Made by a program: the position numbers and the translations under genes. Below, piece after piece: positions 28,504-39,145 of a stretch of DNA of 64,000 bases. Source of the DNA: a virus (Duplodnaviria; Caudoviricetes); IMG/VR virus record IMGVR_UViG_3300025357_000008, positions 1 to 64,000 of that record, one strand, 5' to 3'. The stretch's first letter is position 1; every line of letters starts with the position of its first letter. The notes below the pieces were generated by a model. The model was not told the DNA's origin. It worked only from the letters and a program-made list of their open reading frames with translations, and made no database searches.

Positions 28504-28573
28504 ACTAAAGTATTCAAAAAGCCCCGGCGCCTCGGGGTAATACTTTTTTCTTATACCGTATACTTTCCGTGTA

Positions 28574-28685
28574 CTGTATAAAAAAACAGTAAAACTTTTT
28601 TCTTACTGTATGAAATTGCAGTACAACTTTTGTAGTACTGTATAAATTTACAGTAAAACTTTTTTCTTACTGTATAAAAACCCTG
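28574..28685. promoter_or_regulatory. Array of four LexA/SOS boxes at 32-bp period
   Basis: CTGTATAAAAAAACAG (28574), CTGTATGAAATTGCAG (28606), CTGTATAAATTTACAG (28638), CTGTATAAAAACCCTG (28670). Confidence 0.8.
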
Positions 28686-28711
28686 TAACACTTTTTTACT
28701 AAGGAGCCTTT

Positions 28712-28867
28712 ATGAATACTAATTCAGTAACCGTCACACCAGTCCCTTGGGCTCTTATGTGGAACCACCTCATGCGTGGCAAGACCTCACCACTTTCCGT
28801 ACAGTTTGTCCATTCCTATGTTCAAACCCTTGGCAAAGTGACCACGAGCCATGACCCTTCCAAGTAG
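28712..28867 (+). CDS. 51-aa hypothetical protein downstream of the SOS-box array
   Basis: AAGGAG at 28701; MNTNSVTVTPVPWALMWNHLMRGKTSPLSVQFVHSYVQTLGKVTTSHDPSK. Confidence 0.5.
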   Translation: MNTNSVTVTPVPWALMWNHLMRGKTSPLSVQFVHSYVQTLGKVTTSHDPSK

Positions 28868-28975
28868 GACGAGGTAGGACGAGGTGAATAAATTGAGTGT
28901 TGTTTTCCGGCAACATTCACTTGATTTTCTTCAGGAAATGCTTTATAATCAATCTTTTAAATGACGAGGTAAATT

Positions 28976-29851
28976 ATGTCAGACATCAAACAGGTAAACG
29001 GTATGTTCCAAACTGTAATCAACGGCAAGACCGTGAGACGTACTAAAATGTCCAGTCTACAATATGCTATCCGCAAAGCAGGTGGCACTACAGGTAGCAC
29101 CGAGCAAGTCGAGGTAAAAGAATCCAGATTTTCAATCAACGAGCGTTTCGGTTTCCTATCCGATATGGTGACAATGTTAGCACGAGGTGACCAAGCCTCT
29201 GTGGTTGTAACAGGTCCTGGCGGTCTAGGTAAGTCACATACCGTTACCAGTGCCCTAGTTAAAACAGGTTTCACCGATACATCCACACTTGAGGAGGGTA
29301 GTGTAGTCAATAAAGAAAAAGCCTTTAATGTAATCAAAGGTTATTCAACACCTAAAGGTCTATACCGTACATTGTATGAGAACCGAGACGGTGTTGTGGT
29401 ATTTGATGATTGTGATTCCGTGTTAAAAGATCCAGTATCCGTTAACCTGTTAAAAGCGGCACTTGATTCCTATGACCGCCGCATTATTTCATGGAGAGCA
29501 GATTTTAGAGACGAGGAATTGCCTAATTCATTCGAATTTAAAGGTCGTGTTGTGTTTATTTCCAACATGGATTCTGGCAAACTAGACCAAGCCATTGTGA
29601 CGAGGTCCCTTGCCGTTGACCTGTCTATGACCAACAAACAAAAGGTTGAGCGTATGCAACACCTTTGCAAGTCTAAAGAGTTTATGAGTGAGTACGCACA
29701 AAATCTAAAAGATGATGCCATGGCATTAATCGAATCATTACAGGACGAGGTAAAAGAATTGAGCCTTCGTACTCTCATTCAAGTTACCAAAATCCGTAAG
29801 AGTGCCGGTGCAAACTGGAAAGAATTAGCAGAGTATGCAATTTGTGGGTAA
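28976..29851 (+). CDS. AAA+/P-loop ATPase
   Basis: Walker A GPGGLGKS, Walker B VVVFDDCD, LLKAALD, VFISN, R-finger; TGTTG-N8-CAACA promoter at 28898-28949. Confidence 0.85.
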   Translation: MSDIKQVNGMFQTVINGKTVRRTKMSSLQYAIRKAGGTTGSTEQVEVKESRFSINERFGFLSDMVTMLARGDQASVVVTGPGGLGKSHTVTSALVKTGFTDTSTLEEGSVVNKEKAFNVIKGYSTPKGLYRTLYENRDGVVVFDDCDSVLKDPVSVNLLKAALDSYDRRIISWRADFRDEELPNSFEFKGRVVFISNMDSGKLDQAIVTRSLAVDLSMTNKQKVERMQHLCKSKEFMSEYAQNLKDDAMALIESLQDEVKELSLRTLIQVTKIRKSAGANWKELAEYAICG

Positions 29852-29855
29852 TCAT

Positions 29856-32800
29856 ATGTACAAACTAAAAGAAACAACCAAGTGGGATGTAAAGGTGTCT
29901 AATGGCACCTACATATTCGAAAAGAAATTTAAAGGTAATACTGGTAAGGCTATTGGGTTCATTCCTTACAATTCATCCATCCCTACTATGTTCAAGAAAC
30001 CTACCACAATCGAGATGAAAGGTCGAACCTTTGACGAGGTAATTTAAATTGATTGTGTTGCCAAAAAACCACACTTTGGTTGACATAAGTCCCCTCTTCC
30101 GTTATAATTGTATTATGTTTAAAAGGAGTTTAAAATGAGACAGATTGCAGACATTCAGGAGTTATCAGAAAATGGTTATGATTATGATGACATTTGTAGT
30201 ATCCTTGGTTGCGAGATGGCTGATATTGTTAGCATCCTTGGTGAAGAACCTATTCAACTAGATGATGACGAGGTAGAATTTTATGGATAAATTTGTAAAA
30301 GATGACCTGGTAGCCGTATTGGTATCACCAGGTTACGGTGCAGGCTGGTACTCATGGTCAAATGATGAATCAATGTTATTTGATCCTGGTCTAGTTCAAT
30401 TGATATTGAAAGAGGCTACGTTTGAGGAAAAACTAGAATACGCAAGCACCAGATGGCCCGATGCATACGTTGGCGGCCTAAATGATGTTGAGGTAGAATG
30501 GGTGCCTGTAGATACCGAGTTTATGATTGAAGAGCGTGATGGTTCAGAAACTATTGCATATAAAATACATGATGGTTGGCTTAGAGCATAAGGAATGAAA
30601 ATGAGTAAAGAATTAACATTTGAAGATGAGATTGAGGCATTGGTATTAGAAGATGCAGTATTGTTTTATAATACCGGTTCTATTACAAGTACAAGTAGAA
30701 GTCGGTTACAGCAATACGCTGAAGAACATAACCGTGATTTTGAAGAGGCACAATTGATGCATACTGTATTGTTCCCACATGGTTTTCATTGGGCAGGTGA
30801 ATACAATTTGCAATTGAATAAGGAATATCAATGGACGAGCAACACCTAATTGAATGGGATGTTAAACTGTGGACATATGTGTTATACTATAAAGGTAAAC
30901 AATATGTACTTAATGTCAATAATATTGTAGAAGCCTATAAACGATTTGAATTGATTAAATACGGACTTGAAAAAAATGAAGATACTGTTTATTAGTAGAG
31001 GCAAAGACCAAACTGTTATTACCTTGATGTATACTGAGGATAGTTTCGAGATACATTTACATAATGACAATGGTCATGGTGAACTGTGGAGTACAGCCAA
31101 CAACTTTGCCGATGCCGTGATGTATCACAAATCATTATGTGAAAAATGTTCTATAAAGTTGAATATGTGATGAAAAAATGGATGGAAAAAGAATATAGTT
31201 CATGGGTATATTATGATGATGAAGATGGTATGATAATAGGTTCAACATTCAAATATGGTAATTCAGGTAGCATATGGGGTGCAAAGGTTACTAATGAAAA
31301 TCAGGATAAAGTATTGGGGCAATTTATTGATTCTGATTTTGCCAGAAGAGCAGTAGAAAACTATTGGGATATGATGAGCAGAACATTATTGGAGCACAAA
31401 TGAAGTGGTTGTACTTGATTATTAGAATGTTTAAGTGTCCTCACAAGTGGCAACGGTACTCTGAGGTTAATATATGGGAAGATGGTAAAGATATGCCTTC
31501 CAATAGGATTTTTGTAACCAAGTGTGCTAGATGTGGCAATATCAAGAAAACTAAAGCGATATGAATTCAACACAATCACGACTACAACCAGGAACTCAAG
31601 TAATGTTATGGTTAGGTCCGAGAGATATGCTACCAAATCCTCCACGAGATGATAAACAGTATTGGGACAAAGGTGTAGTGGTTGATGAGCCAGAAATGTG
31701 GTCCGGAAGTTGGCAAGTTTTAGTAAAATCGGAGCGCAAAGGTCAATCACCTATTAGTCCCGAGCGTGTATTTGTTATTAAACAACAAGATGAAATTAAA
31801 TAATGAACGAACGAATTAAAGAACTAGCAAGGAAATCTCAAATGGTTTTCTGGCCAACTGATCCTGAAGTGGTCGAACTGTCCAAGGATATTGATATTGA
31901 AAAGTTTGCCGAGTTGTTGATTCGGGAATGTGCCCAAGTTTGTCGAGATCAACCTAATCATTATGCTTTGAAAGCAGACAGAGATAATTGTGCTATTGCT
32001 ATTGAAGAACATTTCGGAGTTGAAGAATGAAACCTATATTACATATTATAATTGTTATATCATTCGGTGCGTTATTATTTTGGTTGCTATTTACATCCGA
32101 AACTGTGTATGAATGTGTTGATGGTAAGTTATATGCGAGACACCTTAACTATTTGTTAGAAACTAAGTATTATTGTTTGCCGATATCTAAAGATTAAAGG
32201 AGAAAATCATGGCTGAATGGATAATTGAACCTACAATGAAAAAATCACTTGTTGAGAGATTAGAGTACTTGAATGGTAAAAAGAGAATCGTAGTTGAAAC
32301 TGGATGGCGTTGGGGTTCATTCAGTTGCACCACCGAAGGTGATGAGCCACCAGTAATCGAAGAAGGTGATGACCTATATGAGTGCGGATATGATGTTGAA
32401 TTGATTGAGACATGGGACGGATGTTGGGAAGAGCATGAGTTCTATGGCTTTACAGAGAAACAGGAAGAGAAGATGCGTGAGTGGTTAGAAGAAAACTCAG
32501 CCTTTGATTTAGAAGAAAAAGGTTTTGAATGTGGTGATACTCAAATGATTATTACCTGTGAGCCTGAAATTAAAAAGGTAGAAAATGAGTCCTGAACTAG
32601 ACGATAAACTATGCCAGGCATACCCTAAACTATTCTCTCAACGTAATGATGACCCTACTACAACTGCTATGTGTTGGGGATTAGAAGTTGGGGATGGATG
32701 GTTTACATTAATAGATAATATGTGCTTCCTCATACAAAACCATATTGATTGGATGGAGAAGAAAAGTATTCCTATTCCTCAAGTGGTTGTAACACAAGTT

Positions 32801-33634
32801 AAAGAGAAATTCGGCACACTAAGATTCTACTATGATGGTGGTGATGAACACATTGATGGTATTGTAAGACTGGCAGAGTCTATGTCAGGTTCTATGTGTG
32901 AGAATTGTGGTGCCGTTGCTAAAACAGAAAACAATAATGGTTGGCTAAGTACTAAGTGTTTAAATTGTAGAGGAGCAAAATAATGAAAATTGATTTAAGT
33001 GATGATATGATTGACAAAATTGTGGTTGAGGCATGTACAAACTATAGAAACATATTAAAAGAAGAACTTGCATTGTATGATGAGGATCCGGATAAGTTTT
33101 GGATGCATGATAATGATGTGGTTCATGGCAAACATATGATTGTACACCTCGATGCCGTCATACGAGATTTTGGGGGATAAATGTTTGAATTCTTAGAGTT
33201 ATTTTGGATTGAAATCAAAAGCCGTGTATTCTTAATGGTACTTGGTTGTATGATATTTGTGATTGGTTTTTTTAGTCCTCATGTATGCCTAGGAGCATTA
33301 TCGAGAATAAGAGTAATTAAGAAAAGAGATGGAGATTTTGATGTATCGAACTAATTGGGATGATTTAAATGGTAAAGAGCAATATGTTCAAATTCTAAAA
33401 GATGAAGTTGAAGAACTTAAAACAAGGTTGCGTGAACATGATACCGGACACATCCGTACCACTATTGATGTGATGCAGGATCGCATAGCCGAACTACAGT
33501 TACCACAATGGTCTGTTCATATATACGAGGGTGAAAATGATAATTCGATTGAATCTTTCAACAATTATGGGGATGTAATAAACTATTTGATGAAAAAGAA
33601 ATTTGCACGACAAATTAAAATTGTAAGAAAATAA
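29856..33634 (+). other. Run of about 15 small hypothetical genes, including a fourth MNERI paralog (31803..32030) and a QVKEKFGTLRFY-family protein (32585..32983)
   Basis: ORF track; coupled junctions; RBS motifs. Confidence 0.55.
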
Positions 33635-33663
33635 TAAATATTAGACCTACAAGGAGAACTATT

Positions 33664-33966
33664 ATGAAAAAGATTTTACTTGCAATTCTATTAGTATCTA
33701 CATTCACCGTTGCTGATGCATGTTGCTATCGAGGATATAATCGTGGTGGTTATTATTGGGGTGGTAATGGTTGGGTAGCACCAGCATTAATTGGTGGTGT
33801 AATCGGTTACGAACTTGCCCGTCCACCATTGTATGTGGAACAACCAGTAATTGTACAACCACCTGTTGTAATTCCGCAACAAACTGTAGCACCAGTTGGC
33901 TACCATTTTGTGACTATTCAGGATCCATCCTGTAATTGCTACAAACAGGCATTAGTACCGAATTAA
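33664..33966 (+). CDS. Secreted Gly/Pro-rich protein
   Basis: Signal peptide, WVAPALIGGVIGYEL, PVIVQPPVV; AAGGAG RBS. Confidence 0.6.
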   Translation: MKKILLAILLVSTFTVADACCYRGYNRGGYYWGGNGWVAPALIGGVIGYELARPPLYVEQPVIVQPPVVIPQQTVAPVGYHFVTIQDPSCNCYKQALVPN

Positions 33967-34059
33967 TGTTGTATACCGACAACAAATTGGTAAATAGTGC
34001 TTGACATTTTCGGTGGTTATGATACAATAGAGTTTTAAATGTGTGAATAAAGGTACATT

Positions 34060-35205
34060 ATGATTAAATTGAATGACAATCAACGCCAGTTTGTAGTCGC
34101 CGCTGAAAAGCATTATGGTGCTAATGCCGTCTTAACCAGAGACAATATTAGCCATGTAGTAAGTGAGGAAGATGTATCATATCCTTACTGGTTAACTAAT
34201 CGTACCGAACACCGTGCAGGTCGAGGTACATATCAACTACCAAGTCTAGGTAACACATCAATGAAAACTCCTGAGCCAGAATTAGAAGTTGCATTGTCTG
34301 CCCAAGTGATGGCATTCAAACAACCTAAGTTACTTGATGAATCCGATCCATCAGTACCAGAACCTTATCCTGACTTTGTTCCTTTCGGTTTCTACAATGA
34401 CCTTAGAACTATTATCAAGTCTAAAGATTTCTATCCTGTATTTGTTACCGGCATGTCAGGTAACGGTAAGACCTTGATGGTCGAGCAAGTTTGTGCAACT
34501 TTAAAAAGAGAATGTATCCGTGTTAACATATCTATTGAAACTGATGAGTCCGATTTACTTGGCGGTCCTACTCTGGTCAACGGTAATGTTGTCAATCGTG
34601 ATGGTCCTGTGCTTACAGCTATGAAACGTGGCGCTATCTTGTTGATTGACGAGGTAGACCGTGGTTCTAATAAACTTATGTGTTTACAAGGTATCCTTGA
34701 AGGTAAACCTTACTACAATAAGAAAAACGGTGAGTTAGTGCATCCAGCACCTGGCTTCAACGTAGTTGCTACTGCTAATACTAAAGGTCGTGGCTCTGAA
34801 GAAGGTCGTTACCTGTCTCAAATCCTCGATGATGCGTTCCTTGAGCGTTTTGTAGTTACCGTTGAGCAAGAATATCCTCCCGTATCAACTGAGAAGAAAA
34901 TCCTCAAGCCGTTGATTGATGATGAAGAGTTTGTTGAAAATCTTGTGAATTGGGCTGACGTTGTACGTGCCTCATTCAAGCAAGATGCCGTAGATGAAAT
35001 CATATCTACTCGCCGCCTTGTGCATATTGCCAAGACGTACAAGATTTTCAACGATAGAATGAAGGCGATAGAGTTGTGTGTGAATCGTTTTGATGAGCAA
35101 ACAAAAACTGCCTTCTTAGACCTGTACTCTAAAGTGGATGCAAAGGTTAATCCTCCTGCTCCTGTAGAGCCTACAGCAACACCAACTGATGAAATACCAT
35201 TCTAA
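34060..35205 (+). CDS. CobS-like MoxR AAA+ ATPase
   Basis: GMSGNGKT, ILLIDEVD, ATANTKGRG, DAFLERF, ISTRRLVH. Confidence 0.9.
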   Translation: MIKLNDNQRQFVVAAEKHYGANAVLTRDNISHVVSEEDVSYPYWLTNRTEHRAGRGTYQLPSLGNTSMKTPEPELEVALSAQVMAFKQPKLLDESDPSVPEPYPDFVPFGFYNDLRTIIKSKDFYPVFVTGMSGNGKTLMVEQVCATLKRECIRVNISIETDESDLLGGPTLVNGNVVNRDGPVLTAMKRGAILLIDEVDRGSNKLMCLQGILEGKPYYNKKNGELVHPAPGFNVVATANTKGRGSEEGRYLSQILDDAFLERFVVTVEQEYPPVSTEKKILKPLIDDEEFVENLVNWADVVRASFKQDAVDEIISTRRLVHIAKTYKIFNDRMKAIELCVNRFDEQTKTAFLDLYSKVDAKVNPPAPVEPTATPTDEIPF

Positions 35206-35305
35206 GTTGTTGTTAAAAAGCAACATAACTATTGACAATTGCCGGTAGTTATGTTACAATGAAGTGTGAGTTAAATTATTATTTGTTTTTGAAAAGGAAA
35301 TTAAA

Positions 35306-35620
35306 ATGGCTAAAGATAACAATCGTCACCAAAAGTTTGCCCAAGTTATGCTTACTGGTAAACCTGTAACACCGCAAGACTTTGCTGAAGTATTCAAAGG
35401 CACAGATACAGAACCTGTATTGTACCGTTTGTCTACCTATATCTATGATATTAAAAAGTATGAGCACGGTGTTATCAAAGTAATCAAAAACGGTAGAAAA
35501 GTTCAAGCCTACCAACTGGTAAACTTTGATGAGTTCAATGATGATGGTTCTTACCGTGGTCCTGTAACCGCAGTAAAAGCTCCTGTTGCAGTAGAGCAAA
35601 AAGAACCCCTAGCGGCCTAA
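35306..35620 (+). CDS. Putative winged-helix DNA-binding protein
   Basis: LYRLSTYIYDIKK...KVQAYQLVN; own TGTTG-N8-CAACA promoter at 35208-35260. Confidence 0.45.
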   Translation: MAKDNNRHQKFAQVMLTGKPVTPQDFAEVFKGTDTEPVLYRLSTYIYDIKKYEHGVIKVIKNGRKVQAYQLVNFDEFNDDGSYRGPVTAVKAPVAVEQKEPLAA

Positions 35621-36070
35621 ATATTAAGAGTGGTGCCTAGTGCACCACGATTAACTAAAGGAGAAAACAATGAATGAATGGGATAAGAGTAATCTGTTAT
35701 TCATTATTCATAGTTCGCACAAGGAATTCGATGCTTGGATGGCTCAGGCAACTCCTGATGATATCAGGTATGCGTTAGAGTTAATTGCACTAGCAAAAAA
35801 AGAAAACACTCGTAGAGCATTGAATATTGATCCACCTCTTGAAGGTAGTAACTTCAAAGAGGCCAAGAATGTATTAAAGAAATTTATGTTAGGTAAAAAG
35901 AATGTATGAATTGCGTTGGTATGTACCTAAAAGTGATAACGGCATTAAACCCGTCTTACAGTACCGCACTCAATTAGATATGGATGAATGGGATGAACAC
36001 CTAAGAATCAATGTCAGATTAAAAGTGTGGTCAGACTGGAAGAATGTTCCAACTGTAGAGGAAAAATAAA

Positions 36071-36298
36071 ATGAAATATTCGTTATGTTTTGTTCTTTTA
36101 TTGACTGCCTGTGGTAGTCCTAAACTAAAGAACTATGATGGTCCTGTTGCTATGGATAGAGGCTCAGTTGTATCCGGTGCAAGAGATTGTATCAATGGTA
36201 GAATGAAGCCAGAGGTACAATATGTATCTCAGAAAACACCACAAGGTGTTGTGTTAGTTCCAGTTGAAGTTTTATGTACTCCCTATGCATCAAGGTGA
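36071..36298 (+). CDS. Lipoprotein
   Basis: LLLTA-C lipobox. Confidence 0.65.
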   Translation: MKYSLCFVLLLTACGSPKLKNYDGPVAMDRGSVVSGARDCINGRMKPEVQYVSQKTPQGVVLVPVEVLCTPYASR

Positions 36299-36301
36299 TT
36301 T

Positions 36302-36700
36302 ATGCTTGAACAATTTGGTATTCATCAAGGTACCGCAGAGGTACTAATCATAGTCTGCATGGCTGTAGCGGCCTGCGGTGTCATACTAATGATGTTTTGG
36401 AAATATATTGCCGCAGGTCTTGTAGCTGTATTTTGCCTCTACACATTCGCTCAACGTATACCAGAACAACCAGCAAAAGAAGTTGCAAAGGCAGTCGCAC
36501 CTATCGAAACTGCCGTTGTAGAAGATACAAAGAAAATCCTAGCCGATGCTAAAGAAGAAGAAAGAAAATTCTTTATGCGTGATTGTATGAAGATTGCCGA
36601 TTACACAGAGGATCAATGTAAAGAGCATTGGGAAGACAGACAATCCGAAGAGTTTATGGTAAGAAACGGAAAGGATGAAAAATGGGTAGTCAATCGTTAA
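36302..36700 (+). CDS. Membrane protein
   Basis: Two N-terminal TM segments. Confidence 0.55.
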   Translation: MLEQFGIHQGTAEVLIIVCMAVAACGVILMMFWKYIAAGLVAVFCLYTFAQRIPEQPAKEVAKAVAPIETAVVEDTKKILADAKEEERKFFMRDCMKIADYTEDQCKEHWEDRQSEEFMVRNGKDEKWVVNR

Positions 36701-36994
36701 GTAATGAAGAAATACGGCAACTAGCAGGAGACGTTGACGATTTCTTTCATAAAATAGCCCTCACATACAATTGTGATTACATGCAAATGAGTGCTACCAT
36801 ACTCGCCAGATTAGTCAGGTTAGGGTTGGAATCATTCAATGAGGAAGGACTTGAAATGCTATTGGAGTCCGCTCAAAACACGTTAAAACAATCAAAAAAG
36901 AGACCTGGTAGGATGCAATAGTGTTGCTAAAATACAACACAATAGATTGACACTACCAGTTTATTGTGTTATAATATAATTTTAAAGGATAAAA

Positions 36995-37843
36995 ATGAGA
37001 GTAGCACTAGCATCCGATGTACACTTAGAGTTTGGTGATTTGAATTTGAAAAATGATGACAATGCGGATGTATTGTTGTTGGCCGGAGATATTTGTGTTG
37101 CTAAAGAGTTGCCATTTACCGATAGCCGTTATTATGATAGATTTCACGATTTCTTTGCTCGTTGTGCATCCGAATTCAAAGATATAATCTACATTGCCGG
37201 TAACCATGAGCATTATCATGGCACTTATGATGAGACCCATCCTATCATCCGTACCGCACTAGAAAAACACACCAATATCCATGTACTAGACAGAGAACAT
37301 ATTACCATTGGTGATACGTTATTCTTTGGTGGTACATTGTGGACTGATTTCAACAATGAAGATCCAAGTACAATGAGGTCTATCCGTGAGATGATGAATG
37401 ATTTTAGAATCATTTCTGCACCTGGTGACCGTAAGTCCTCTTGGAAAGATGCTGAAGGTAATTTACATTACAGGATTTCCAAATTGACACCTGAAGATGT
37501 ATTAGTTGACCATAAAGACTTCTTAGATAAGTTGAATCAGCTGTTACTTGCACAAAGGCTGTTGAATTCGCATAACAAAGTTGTGGTTGTGGGTCACCAC
37601 TCACCAAGCAAATTGTCTACAAAACCCCAATACGAAGATGATTGGGAAATGAATGGTGGGTATAGTTCAGATTTGAATGACTTTATTATGGATCATCCTG
37701 AGATTAATCTTTGGGTGCACGGACATACCCACCATGCCTTTGACTATATGGTAGGTAAAACACGTATCTTATGTAATCCTAGAGGTTATGTTGGCTATGA
37801 GGTTAATGAAGATGAATTTAAATTGGTGACTGTTGAGGTGTAA
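36995..37843 (+). CDS. Calcineurin-like metallophosphoesterase
   Basis: SDVHLE, AGDI, GNHEHY, GHHSP, HGHTH, NPRGY. Confidence 0.92.
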   Translation: MRVALASDVHLEFGDLNLKNDDNADVLLLAGDICVAKELPFTDSRYYDRFHDFFARCASEFKDIIYIAGNHEHYHGTYDETHPIIRTALEKHTNIHVLDREHITIGDTLFFGGTLWTDFNNEDPSTMRSIREMMNDFRIISAPGDRKSSWKDAEGNLHYRISKLTPEDVLVDHKDFLDKLNQLLLAQRLLNSHNKVVVVGHHSPSKLSTKPQYEDDWEMNGGYSSDLNDFIMDHPEINLWVHGHTHHAFDYMVGKTRILCNPRGYVGYEVNEDEFKLVTVEV

Positions 37844-38539
37844 TATGAATAATGCGATTAAAACAATAATTAAAACTGCTACAGGTAGAAACGCCCCCTA
37901 TGACGAGGTAACAACACTTGAACTTGAAAGCATAATTAGATTGACATTGGATGATATTGATGCTATAATATTTGAATTGCATCAAGAATCCGAATCGGAT
38001 AAAGCGATGATTTTAACTGAATTGACTGCAAGAATTATGAAACATTTCTATAGTAAGGAAATTTAAAAATGGTTGATAAGACTGAACGTAAGAATAAAGA
38101 CCGTAAGATTTTCATTGTTGAATCGGTAAGTATGTTTCGGTTAAGATATGCGGTGTTTGCAACCTGTGCAGAAGATGCAATGGATGAATTCACATTGAGG
38201 ACAGAGGATGCAGATTTCCATGAGATGTCACAACAACATATTGGTGAGAATATTATATCTGTTCGCAAAGTATCAGAGAAAAAATTCTTAAAACAATACG
38301 ACAATGACAATGGTCCTTGCACTTGGACTGACGACCAGAAACTGGGGGTAATAAACGTAATTGATTATGAAGAGTAACATTAGGGAAATTAAAACCTATG
38401 ACGGTAAACAACACCGTAGCCGTGACCCATACGATACTAGATTACAAACTGAAGTAAAGGTTGATAAACTGTATCAATGTATGGATTGCGGTGAATACAT
38501 GACAAAGAAACCTGAAGAGCATATTTGCAAAAAATCATA

Positions 38540-39145
38540 ATGAATACATTACAAAATTACCTATCACTAGACCTTGAGTTGAATAATGCTGAGGATGGAT
38601 CTACGCCTAATCCAAAAATAATTCAAGTAGGTATAGCGGTAGGTTCATATGAAGATTACTTTAATGGTACGTTGTACAAACAGAAATGGTACATAGACCC
38701 ACAAGAGGCAATCTTTCCGTTTATCACAGAACTAACTGGTATAACTGATGATGATATTGCCAGAAATGCCGTACCACATGAGCATGTAGCAAAAGAACTG
38801 AGTGCATTAATCAAGGCAAGAGATTGCTTTGTTAATCCTATCACATGGGGTGGTGGTGATTCTGTTGAATTAAAAGATGAATTCAAAGCAAGAGGTATAT
38901 ACTTTCCTTGTTTCGGTCGTAGATGGATAGATGTGAAAACATGGTATACATTTTTGAGATTTTCTAAAGGTCAAGAGGCTAAAGCAGGACTAAAGTCTGC
39001 CGTGCGTGAGTTTAAATTAAATTTTGATGGCGAACCTCATCGTGCAGATGATGATGCATTAAATACATTGAGATTGTTTTTCAAGTTCTTAGAATTACAA
39101 GGTGAGATGAATATCGTTATTAATATGGCAAAGAGGATACAATGA
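38540..39145 (+). CDS. DEDDh 3'-5' exonuclease
   Basis: LDLE, ELTGIT, WGGGD, HRADDDA; start uncertain (track 38525). Confidence 0.85.
   Translation: MNTLQNYLSLDLELNNAEDGSTPNPKIIQVGIAVGSYEDYFNGTLYKQKWYIDPQEAIFPFITELTGITDDDIARNAVPHEHVAKELSALIKARDCFVNPITWGGGDSVELKDEFKARGIYFPCFGRRWIDVKTWYTFLRFSKGQEAKAGLKSAVREFKLNFDGEPHRADDDALNTLRLFFKFLELQGEMNIVINMAKRIQ

Noticed and set aside
28560-28700. 32-bp periodic repeat as a CRISPR array
   Set aside because: Units are contiguous with no unique 30-40-nt spacers, the conserved part matches the LexA operator, and no cas operon is present.
34060-35205. Cobalamin-biosynthesis auxiliary metabolic gene
   Set aside because: No cobN or other cob genes; phage CobS/CobT-like pairs are better read as MoxR-VWA chaperones.
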